Below, one piece after another: positions 25,301 to 35,826 of a DNA stretch of 64,000 nt. Numbering within the stretch: the first letter of the stretch is position 1; each line of letters begins with the position of its first letter. The stretch is from Bilabrum cf. latius (Eukaryota): NCBI GenBank assembly GCA_965178125.1, contig OZ237746.1, positions 1,178,001-1,242,000 of the forward strand, in the 5' to 3' direction. Below the pieces are notes generated by a model, which searched no databases, had not been told where the DNA came from, and was given only the letters and a program-made list of their open reading frames with translations. The position numbers were made by a program, and so were the translations under genes.

Positions 25301-27083
25301 GACCGAGGCAGAGGTGCAGACGGGCGAGGTGACAGACCCAGGGCTATAGAACGATGATCCAGGCGGGAATGGCGATGATGCGGGAACGGGTCCAGCGGAG
25401 CCAGTGGTGGTGCTGGCCATCGTGGTCTCTATGTGCGCCATGATGGTGTGCCTGGGCGTGGGCGTCTACCTGCTGGCCTTCCACACGCAGAGCAGGCGCA
25501 GGGACAGGGTGCAGGAGTAGCAGCAGGGCGCGTCGCATGGTGGCAGGTCCCCTCGGCCGGGCATGTTTGACGTAATGGGTGGCCATGCAGACGGGCAGTC
25601 GGAGGCCCCTACTAAGGAGTCCGAGATGGGGACCACCCCGGGGGCTGACAACCTGAGGATAGTGTGGTCCTGGGCGTAGAATGGGGCGGATAGAGACCAG
25701 ACGGACGACTCCACCGCTGGATCGGCACCCGTGGACGTGTAGGGGTTGCGCCGTGAGTTGGCCAACAGCCTGCAGCAGTCTGCACGCAGCGTGGGAACCC
25801 CCGAGCCGGGGCAGGATGCGTGGGAGCTCGAGAGGAAGTGGCAGCAGGCGATGGAAGATCGATTCAAACCGTATCACAGCACCTCCACAGCCGGTCAAAC
25901 AAGCCAGCAGAGCCAGTTGGAGCAGATATAGACCCAGGAGCGCAGGCGCAGTGTGCTGCAGGCATGGATCAGCGGCTCGGGGCGCAGCTTAGTCTCAGCT
26001 GCGGGCGACAACTAGGGACAGGGAGAAAGCCCAGACGCAGTCGCTCGGGTGGTGGACCTGGCTCGCTAGCAGGAAAAGACAGGCGGTGGTGTGGTGCGGA
26101 TGGCCTCCTAGGGTGATCCTGCAAGTGGTCGCGGTGTGGTGAAGGGGCTGCTGCCATGGCCCACTGGGAGGGGCGGGCCTACCTTGCCTCTCGGAATGTC
26201 CCTTCCGCCGGGGGATGCCCTGCCTCGTAAGGACAAGGGCGAGGACAAGGAGGTAGGCGCAAGAGGGGCGGAAAGGGTGACAGCAATTAGGTCGAGCCAG
26301 CCTGGGGGAGCAGCGGCGGGCGATTCTTCCAGACGAGAGGGCGTGGGCGGGCAGCAGTGGAGCGCGGGAGACGGGCGGGGGCGGCAGAGCACCCGGTAGC
26401 AGCAGGGGGCAAGAGTGTTCTCTGGCGAGGTGGATTCGTTGTTCTCTGGCTCGGATGGCCCGAACTAGAGGCGACTCCGTGGACAGGTGGTACGGCCCCG
26501 CGGCACTGGCAGAGGTAAAGGCAACCGAGATCGAGGTGATGGTCCTCTGCTGCTGGCCCCTGTGTCCACCTCGGGCACGGGCAGCTGGATGGACACATCC
26601 CTCAGTGGGACCGGGATCAGTGGGGCGGACGGGAGAGGGGGCACCGGGGGCGATCTGGGCGGGACCCAACGGGGTCACGGGGCGGCTGCCAGCGCCCCTA
26701 GGCCAGGGATGGGCATGGGCATGGGCATGGGCATGGATGGGCACGGGTGTGCTCCCCGGGCGGGTGATGGGGTGGTCGGGGCTGGGGCACACGAAGCCGA
26801 TCCTGGGCAGGGGGCTATCCCAGGTGCGGGTGCAGTGGCGAGCGGCGAGGTGCTGGACCTTTGGGAGGGCAGTGGGCACGTGCACGTAGTAGGGCACGGG
26901 CACGTGTCTGCCGCAGGGAGAGGCCTGTCCATGGCCAGGATGGAGACTGCAGGGACTCGGAATTCATGGGGAACACGGACTGGGGGAGCGCCGGTGCACT
27001 GGACTGCTGTTCAGGCGGACGGCATGCACAACTAGGTTAAGGCCTGCGATGCAAGTGGGGGTGGGCCCGGGGGTGGCAGCTGA
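22367..27083 (+). CDS. FG-GAP/Ser-Pro-Thr stalk single-pass membrane protein, copy 2 (tandem paralog); 5' exons approximate, main exon from ~22704
   Basis: Same architecture as copy 1, with shared near-identical DNA blocks. TM helix [26 protein letters not shown] lies just after the TAG at 25347. About 12 in-frame TAGs. Ends TGA 27081-27083. Confidence 0.8.
23920..24545 (+). repeat. Coding tandem repeat (mostly 18-bp AGCCCRAGYACCAGCTCS) encoding an SPSTSS stalk
   Basis: Tandem array visible directly in the sequence. Confidence 0.9.
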
Positions 27084-27428
27084 TTGTGGCGACAATACGG
27101 GTGCGGGCATCGAGGCAACGGGTCCAGTCAGCATGGCCGTTGGCCATGGGCGTGCATTCGGGCCCCAGGGGCAGCACCGCTGGCGGGAGACGTGTCTACA
27201 CACTCGTCGCGCGGAGTGATCGTGCGGACGGCCAGATAATAAACTGAATACGTGCGTGAACAACATACTCTATATAATTTCAACGTTCTGAAGTCAAAGA
27301 ATTGCATGCAGTACCGCTAGTAGCGAGTGATGTGGACACGTCGCACAGAAACCAGATGCCACGCAACACGCTTGCAAGGCCGGCAACACAATCAATCTTG
27401 AGCACTTTGCTCTGAAATCTCGACAGAC

Positions 27429-29339
27429 ATGAAAAACCATTACTCGAACTCTGCTGCTATCCGCTGGACCATACTAGCGGCAAGTGTAGTGCTAATTTTT
27501 GGGCCCTATGCAGCTTACGACAACCCTACAGCGACGCAAGGATCGTTGAGGGCATGGATGGGCGGCGGGCCGTCGTTTGCAAGCAAATTCAATACATTAT
27601 TTAGTGTGTATTCGGCCCCGAACTTGGTGCTTCCTTTTGTCGGTGGGATCCTGATTGACACGGTCGGCGTGAGACCGATGCTCATTTCGCTAGCTGCCTT
27701 GGTCTGCGTGGGCTAGGCCCTCTTCTGGCTCGGAACTGAGTTGAAGATGTGGAGCATCATGTACATCGGCCGTGCTCTGTTTGGGGCGGGAACAGAGAGC
27801 CTAGCATCCGCCCAAAATACAGTCGTGTTGCTATGGTTTTAGGGCCACGAGCTAGCGCTCGCGCTCGCCATCATACTGAGCGCGGGCCGTCTCGCCAGCG
27901 TAGTAAACGACAACGTTGCACCTTTATTTGGTCAGCCACAGGAAGCGTACCTCGCTAGCCTGGGTGCATGCGGTGTCTCGCTGGCCGCGGGTTTGCTGAT
28001 CGTCTGGATCGACTGGAGCATGCGGGGATAGGGTAGGCCACTCCGGGAGGGGGAAGAAGTGGAAGAAGAGGGGGACGATGACGGTAGATCCAAACCACAG
28101 CTAGATGACAGCGGGCGTGCTCACGCCCCGATCACCACGGACACGCTGCATCAGGACGTGGGTGCAGGCGCGAGCACTGCGCTGCTGGCGGGCGAAGGAG
28201 AGAGGGAGGGGGGCCAGCCCCATGGCGGGGGCGCCTCCGGCACCGAATTGCACCCTCCGGGGAAGATGGGAAATGAAGAAAAAGAGGCCGGGTTCTGGGC
28301 CAAGCTGCAGGCGGCGCTGCGCACGACGGCCCGATTCCCATGGGCCTACTGGGCGCTGGGCCTCTACTGCATCGTGGCGTGGACCAGCGTGGCGTCGTTC
28401 AACAACGTGGCCGTGGACTACATCCTGAGGCACATCGACCCCTTGCACGCGAGCGACCCCCCGCACTCGTCATCCAAGGAGGCTGGCTTCATCCTGTCCA
28501 TCGTGTTCATCGCCACTGCCTCTGTGGCCCCCTTTGTGGGCGGTCTCATCACTGCGGCGGGGTACAGCACGCCCTTCATGCTGGGCTCCGGGGTGGTGGT
28601 GCTGCTGCTGCACCTGTTCCTCGCCGGGGTGCCCGCCCTGGCCGGACTCATCCCCCTCAAGGCCCTCTTCGCCGTCCTGGGGCTGGCCTTCGCGGTGTAC
28701 GCGGCTGCGTTCTGGCCCCTGGTGCCCCGTGTGGCTGCGTCGGGGAGGGGCGGGTGCGCGGCGCTGTGCGGGCTGTCGCTGCGGGATGTGGTCGAGGAGT
28801 AGGACTAGGACCGTGAGTCGAAGGGGGTGGCGGGTGCTTCCATCCAGGCGACCGAGGAGGGCTTGGCCACGGCCACGTCTAGTCGGGGTGGTGGGCAAGT
28901 AGGAGGAGGAGGAGGCGGCAAGGGCAGGGTGCCAGAGGGCATCGAGAGCCGTGAGGACCTCAGGGTGTCTGTGGACGAGGTGGCTGGGAGCGCCTTCGGG
29001 ACCATGGGTGCCATCCAGAACATCGGGCTGACGATCGTGCCTCAGCTGGTGGGGCTGCTGCAGCCCACCCAGCCCACGCCTGAGGGGCACGAGCACCTGG
29101 GAGGTTGCTCTAGGACGTACCAGTGCGTGTGCCTGCTGCTGGCCGGCATGGCCGCGGCGGGTCTGGCCATCGGGGGCTACATGCTGGTGTGGGAGCTGCA
29201 GGACGTGCAGGAGGCCCGGGACAGGGGGCGGGCGAGTGCCAGGGGGGGCAAGAGTGCGGCTAAGGGGGGGGGCGTGAGGGGCAGGTCGAGCGAGGGGGAG
29301 AGGGCTGCGCTTCTCGGAGGAGGCGAGGGGCAGGCGTGA
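27429..29339 (+). CDS. MFSD1-like major facilitator superfamily transporter, 636 aa
   Basis: Motifs YAAYDNP, LFSVYSAPNLVLPFVGGILID, VCVG*ALF, GRALFGAGTES, WF*GHELALA and GSAFGTMGAIQNIGL. ORFs 27429, 28059 and 28827 are in frame, joined by TAG at 27714, 27840, 28029, 28800 and 28806. Ends TGA. Confidence 0.88.
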
Positions 29340-29611
29340 GAGGGTGACCTTGGAAAGAGGGCGTGTGTGCTGCTTCGTGTGCCTAGAGAGGGCGCGCGTG
29401 ATTCATTTTGGCAATCTTAAGTCAGTCTGTGTGAGTTACGACCATGGGTGGGCAGCACCTGACCACCAGGGACCGTCAGACAGCCCTTGTCGCACCCCTC
29501 GCTACCATACAGAAACGGATGCCCCTCGCCCTCGCCCTCGCCCTCGCCCTCGCCCCCCATGGTCATGCCCCGGTCCCTCCACTCTGGAACACCGCCGGCA
29601 ATCCTGCAGAT

Positions 29612-30770
29612 TCAGATGGCCGCCTCGTCCGAGTAGGGCGCCGCGTCGTATCCTCCGCCAGCGCCCCCTCCGGCCCCGCTGTACGGGTCCACGGCCCCGC
29701 CCGCGCCCGAGGCCGGCCTGAAGTAGGCGTCGTCCTCATCGTCATCGTCCATGCCCTCGTAGTACGCGTCGGCCCCCGCGCCCGAGGCGCCCTTCCCCTG
29801 CTCGCTGCACGTGATGCAGGCGATGCAGGCACCCAGGTACCCCCCGCAGCAGCTGAGGCATGGCCTCCACACGTCCACGTTGGGCAGCATCTCGATGCCC
29901 TCCGCACCCGTGGTGGCGTGCTTGTACAGGGCGCCCACGCTGCAGTAGAGGAAGAAGAGCACCAGCGCGGCGATGAACAGACCCGCGCCGATGGGAAAGG
30001 GCCGCTTGTGCAGGATGCGGGTGGGACAGGCGCCGGCAAACTGCGCGAATGGAATTGGAGAGCAAACACCAACAAAACGAATGACAGGCACGGTATCCGC
30101 TATCCGCTGGTGAGTGAGTATGCAGCGGAGCGCATCGAATCGCACCGCATCCGCACATCCTCACGTCGATCGAGACCTGGAGCTCGTAGCGGCTGACGGG
30201 GGTGACGCTCTAGAGGACGGGCGTCTCGGCCTCAGGGACGCACGAGACGCGTATTCTCGTCAGGGGAACGGAGCCCTGGGCGCCGAGCCTGCCGCCACCC
30301 TGATACTATATTACAACACCTTCCTTTTCGCTTGAACCTAACAAGGCAGTGGTCACTGAAGAAGCGTTTCCGAACGCATTCGTGCACTGGAATCCACCCG
30401 GCCCGAGACGGAATATCCGGGCAGCCACTGGGTGCTCTACCTAGGGGCACTCTAGCTCCAAGGGCTTGCAAACAGATACTAGATACTGGTCCGATTTGCC
30501 CTGCTCGTGGAATATGAACGGGCTAGCCACCTCCAGACCGGTCCTGCGTGGATCAATCGGCATGGGGCGGTGCTTCAAAATGTACGCCAGCTAGCAGGGC
30601 GAGCTAAGCTGGATCAACGCCGCCGGACAAGATAACGTGCAGGTTTCCGCCCATGCTCACATGTTGTACCGGTACTCATCATTTACGTCAAAGGAGCACT
30701 GCGCTGCTGCCTGCGTGGCAATCCCTACCAAGCCAGCCGTTATCAGCCTATGAACGCTTAGAGATAGCAT
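29612..30770 (-). CDS. Cation-dependent mannose-6-phosphate receptor / ATG27-like type I membrane protein, 305 aa; join(30770..30661,30543..30165,30040..29612)
   Basis: Signal peptide, Cys-spaced MRH-like luminal domain, TM helix followed by GALYK...GAEGIEMLPNVDVWR, acidic tail. Two GTGAG...CGCAG introns. Three TAGs in exon 2. Ends TGA. Confidence 0.75.
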
Positions 30771-30970
30771 ACCAAACGATGCAAGCTTAATGGGCAAGGC
30801 ACCTTTGCCTCGCACCAACCGCTTCGCCTTAGCTGCTGCTATCAATGCGACCTCAGGCGATTTCTTGGGGCAAGTTTTTGGTTGCGACCGCCGGCCGCCA
30901 AGCCGTCGGCTTGCGCGAATTCGAAAGATGAGTGATAAGAAATATTTCACCGTCTACTCCGCACATCGCG

Positions 30971-33328
30971 ATGCTGAAACTTGCGACTGCAGCACTAGAT
31001 GAAGCAATCGATTTGTATGATCAGAATCCACCAGATTGCCCGACGCCCTCCGAATTGCTCCGCCAGCTAGAGTCAGGCGGAGGGGACGCTAGCCCAGATC
31101 CGTTGCAGCTAGCGTTTGCCGGCATTGCAGTTGCAGAAACGGGGCTGGATCATGTTGATCACGAGTCAGACAGAACCCCATCAACCCTCGATACCGCCAG
31201 CCGGCTGCTACTCTCTGCAGTCTCTGCGGCTAGGCGTCTTGCTGCTGAGCCCGATGGACCAGTGGCCACAGGCAAGGCTACAGGCAGGGCCCAGAAGCGA
31301 ATTCCTGTAGCCTCTCTAGCAGTAGTGCACGATATGTACGGTAATTTCCTGCTGGATAACCGTTAGGACCCGCAGGGCGCGCTCGCCCAGGCGGAGGAGG
31401 GCTTGCAGCTGGACCCGGGCAACCTCAAGCTCATGCAGCTGAAAGCAGAGGCAGCCATGGCGGCGTCTGCCGGCAAGCCAGATGCCACAGCTGGCGCGGA
31501 TGCGAGCATGCTGCTACCTCCCGATGCCCTCGAGCACCTGCTTGAGGAGCTCTCCAGCGACCGGGGAGCAGTGGCGCATGAACTCCGCGACTAGTATCCG
31601 GCACCACTGGCACCGGCATAGGAGCTCGAAGCAGTGGGTCTGGCGCTCCCCAGCACGCGCAAAGCGGCGGCCTAGGGCTAGGGCACAGCCGCCCCTGCTG
31701 CTGCGGGTCACCAGCGGCGCACCTCTGCTGGTGAGGCGGGCAGCATTTCCGGCAGTGTGGCCTCCTCGCGGGGCAGCCGGTCCACCTGGAGGGAGAGGAG
31801 GGCGAGGGCGGCGGGTGAGAGGGGGGGTGTGACGGATGCCGAGATCGGAGCGGTTCGCGTGGAGGAGGAGGGGCCAGGGGGGCAGGAAGAGGAGGAAGAA
31901 GAGGGGGAGGAGGAGGGGGGGGAGGAGGGGGGTGGCAGCACAGCAGCGGGGGGCAGCGGCGGCATGAGTGGCAGCGGGGGAGCTGAAGCTGGCACAAAGG
32001 GTGCGAAGGAGTCTGGGTCTGGGTCTGGGTCTGGGTCTGGGTCTGGGTCTGGGTCTGGGCCTGGGTCTGGGGCTGTTGAGCGGCGCGCATCGGGGGGCGC
32101 GGGCAGCTGGCGCTCGCGGAGCCGCAGGGGCCGAGGCGCGATGGGTGTTAGAAAGCGCAGCTCGGCAGCGATGGCCGCCGAGGGTCATGAGAGGTCGGCC
32201 GTGGCGAGGGCCCGTCTGCATGCCCTGGGTCCGTGCTGCCTATCGAGCGCGCTGGTGCTGCGAGGAAACAGGCTCAAGGAACAAGGGAAGATGGACGAGG
32301 CGGAGGCGACCCTCCGGCGAGCGGTGGGTGCGGATCCAGTGAGCGCGGACGCTCTGGGCGCGCTGGCTGCACTGCTTCACGCGCATCGGGCCGAGGGCGA
32401 CGGGGACAAGGAGGCGGGAAAGGAGCGCAGGCAGGCGGCTCGGCAGGCCTACGAGGCGGCGCTGGAGGTGGATCCCCACCACGCCAACAACCTGGGAAAC
32501 TTTGGCCTGTTCCTTGCAGAGGCGGAGGACGACCCATCCGGGGCCATGGAGCTCTATGAGAGGGCTCTAAAGGTGGACCCGGGGCATGGAAACACGCTCT
32601 ACCACATGGGGGTGCTGCTTGACACGCGCATGCACGACTCCAGGGGGGCCATCGAGAGGTACCAGCAGTGCGTGCGGGCCAACCCGGACCACGGGTTTGC
32701 CCACTACAATCTGGCGCTGCTGCTGGAGGATGCGGTGGAGGATTTCAACGGGGCCGAGCTGCACTACCGGCGGGCCCTTGAGCTGGGGCCGACTGACGTG
32801 TTGGCGCGGGCGGACTATGCGCAGTTCCTCGAAGCCAAGAGGGGCAGGGACGGGCCCGCGGCGCTGCACGCGGCACTGGCCGTCAGGCACGCGGCGGGCG
32901 CCGCTTGGTGGGACGCGCGGGCGACCAGGACTGAGGGAGGGAACGATTTCAGGGGACAGGCCGCTGGCGGTGTTGGGGATTGGGGCAGAGGTGAAGGCGC
33001 AGGTGAAGGCGCAGATGAAGACAGCGCAGCAGCGGCGGCGGCGGTGGTGAGGGACCCCAGCGGCGCGCAGCAGGCGGTGGGGCTGTACCTGCCCATCTTG
33101 CGGCGGGCGCGTCGAGATCGCATGCAGGTGGGTCTGGGCTCCGGGGACGCGGTGGTGGAGAGGGGGGGTCCGTCCAGCAGCAGGGGGGGGGCACAGGCAG
33201 ACTCGCAGAGCTGCTGGCGGGAGGAGGGGACTGCCATGGAGCTGCGGCTGCACTCGGACGAGTGGGTGGACGGGGAGCTGAGGGTGGTGGAGGCGCTGGC
33301 GGGGGAGGTGGGGGCGTCCATCGAGTGA
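30971..33328 (+). CDS. TPR-repeat protein, ~785 aa
   Basis: TPR units YEAALEVDPHHANNLGNFG, YERALKVDPGHGNTLYHMG, YQQCVRANPDHGFAHYNLA. ORFs 30932, 31403 and 31757 are in frame, joined by 5 TAGs. Ends TGA. Confidence 0.85.
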
Positions 33329-33390
33329 GCTGGGGGTGGTGGAGGCGCTGGCGGGGGAGGTGGGGGCGTCCATCGAGTGAGCTGGGGGTG
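33277..33390 (+). repeat. 52-bp direct tandem duplication (2.2 copies) covering the TPR gene's last codons and stop
   Basis: GCTG(A/G)GGGTGGTGGAGGCGCTGGCGGGGGAGGTGGGGGCGTCCATCGAGTGA at 33277-33328 and 33329-33380, with a partial third copy to 33390. Confidence 0.9.
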
Positions 33391-33517
33391 TGACGGCAGG
33401 TGTGCGCTGCATTGCGCTGCACCTTGACCGGCGCTGATTTGTTGTTGTTGTCCTGTATGCGTGCGCAGAGGCGGCATAGTACTGTATCCACAGGCTGTTG
33501 GTCTGGGAGCAATCTCG

Positions 33518-35578
33518 TCACGCCCCCATGAGGTCCACGATGTCTCTGGCCCTCTCCTGCATGGCTTGCTCGGTGTACCACCACAGCCCCTGCACGGCGG
33601 TGGACTGCACCCCTGCACCTTTGCTCGCCTGCTCCCTCTCCCGCTCCCGCTCCCGCTCCCGCTCCCGCTCCCTCCTCCTGTCCCTCGCGTACTCGGCGCA
33701 CCACCTGAGGTCACCTTCATGCAGCACTCCCTCGCGGGACAGCTGCGAGCCATCGCCACCACCCAGCCCCAGCCGCACGTTGCACACGGGCGACGACCCC
33801 ACTGGTATCAGCCCGGCACTGCTCTCGGAGACACCCCCACTGACACTAGCTCCCCCATCCGCATGCCCATCCGCATCCCCATCCGCATGCATCCCCCAGG
33901 CAGCACCGATGGCAGCAGCCTCGGGGTGCTAGGACCCAAACCCGCTCAGGTCATCCCGTGGGGACCCACCCCCGCCCCCCGGCACTATCATGCGGTGCAT
34001 TCCCCCGGTCCTGTCCAGCTCGACCCCCACGGCCCCCGGCCTCTGCTCCCTCCCCAGAGGCCCCCTCCAGGCCCATCCCCTGAACACCGGGTTCACGAAC
34101 GTGGTCCCCGCCGCGAGGGCCTCGATGGCCGTGGGCCCCGCCACCGGGTCGCCCATGCCCAGCAAGAAGTCGCTCCCCCGCAGCAGCCGCCTCCACGCCC
34201 CCACAGGCAGCATGCCCGCCTCGACCAGCGGAGAGGCCCCGTCTCCCTTCCAGCTCTCCCCCGGGGCCATGGTACTCACCAGACAGAACATATCTCTGCC
34301 CCCTTCCCCTTCCATTGCTTCTTCTTCTTCTTCTTTTGTTCCCTAGCCACGGCCCCACTCCGCGAGCCCTCGCAGTGCCCCTGCCTGCCTCTTCAGGTAC
34401 GACCACCGCTTGCCCCACACCACGGCGTACGACCCGCACCCGGCCCCCCGGAGCTTATCGCAGACCCCCTGCCACGCGCGATCGGCCTCAGGATCCGCCA
34501 GAGGCTCCGCTTGCCGCCCGCATGCCGCTTTCACACCTGACTTCACAGGCTCGTTGCCCGAGCTAATGGCCCAGTCAGCAGGCGGCAGCGCGAATCCCAC
34601 GGGCGTAAACCCCGCATCCCTGCCCTTCCCGCTGCGAGGCTCCCTGAAGGTGGTCAGCACCCGGCTCGCCCCCGTGTCCCGCACCACCTCCCGAAACGCG
34701 GGGTTGGAGGCTCCGTGCAGCACCCCGAAGAAATCCAGCACGAACACGCGGCCCTTGCGGGCGTAGTCCAGCACTCCCTGCCTCACTCCCTGCCTGCTCC
34801 TGTCCCTAGCCGTGAATGGGTCGAGCAGCACCGCGTGGGGGCAGTGGGCGGGCACAGCCGCCTGTTCCTACTGGCCCCGGGTAATGCGGGAAGGTAGCGC
34901 CCTTCCGCACTCCGCCACTCTCCTCGAGTCGGTCTACTCCTCCCGCACCACCTGCACGGTCCAGCCCATCCTCTCCAGCGCCTCTGTCAGCGACCGCCGG
35001 ACCAGCTTCTCCCCGCCCACGTCGCTGTGGTCCGCCTGCGGGAGGCCGTCCATCGTCCAGAACAGCGCGCGCAAGCCTCGCGCGCAGCTTAACTTGCTAG
35101 CCTCTTGACCGCCCTCGCACGGCTCAGGTGATGCGGCGGCTGGTACTGGAGCCTGCGATGACAAGAGCCGGTCGGGTGCTGGCGGGCTCGGAGATGGGGT
35201 TTCGGGCACCTGCGCCTACGCCGGCGGCGAACGTGCCGGAGGTGTGCCTTCGAAGTCAACAGGCTAATGTCCAGTCATACCATGGCCGGCAGCTGGGCTT
35301 GCTTTCAGATCCAGGCCAGTACTTGCGGCAGGTGAAGACCAGAGTCTCTCCGATGCGCCACCGAATCGAGGTACTGGCTCTCGCTGCTTTGCTATCCGGT
35401 TATAACCACCCGGTTCACCTTGGGAGACAAACGGAGCGGGCTATCCAGCAAATATACCTCGCATAGCGCTCGATCTGTGGCGCCTGACATGTGTTGAAGT
35501 GTTTAGCAGCAGGACTATTGAGCACATCACAACAACGCCTACCCCGCCAAATAGACAATAGCGCGGCAAGTTGGCCAT
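33518..35578 (-). CDS. MGAT5-like (GT18, beta-1,6-GlcNAc transferase V family) type II membrane glycosyltransferase, 686 aa
   Basis: N-terminal anchor LFGGVGVVVMCSIVLLL. Motifs FVLDFFG, AVVWGK and LLRGSDFLLGMGDPVAGPTAIEALAAGTTFVNP resemble MGAT5 VLDSFG, LVYGK and GLGFPYEGPAPLEAIANGCAFLNP. Five ORFs in one frame joined by 7 TAGs. Ends TGA. Confidence 0.75.
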
Positions 35579-35826
35579 TACAATGACAGCACAGCGGATG
35601 GTTCGACCATTGGATCTAGACAATGCAACGGAAAATGTCGCCCTAGCTGAGGGACTTTTCCCGGTTCCGGCTGGCTTTTGGCACGCAACATTGACGAGTT
35701 TGGCCCGGCGGGCCCGATTAGACTAGGCCGCCCGAGCATGATGGTAGCGGTAAATCCTCAAGATCCTTCACTAAAAATTGTTTTGATCTACATACGCATG
35801 TCTTACTACCACTTCAAGTGGGATTT

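Noticed and set aside
3626-33672. Hexamer microsatellites: (CCTGTC)n ~3626-3686, (ATGGGC)n ~26709-26735, (CCCTCG)n ~29523-29553, (TCTGGG)n ~32012-32070, (CTCCCG)n ~33638-33672
   Set aside because: Ordinary slippage repeats, mostly encoding dipeptide runs in disordered regions.
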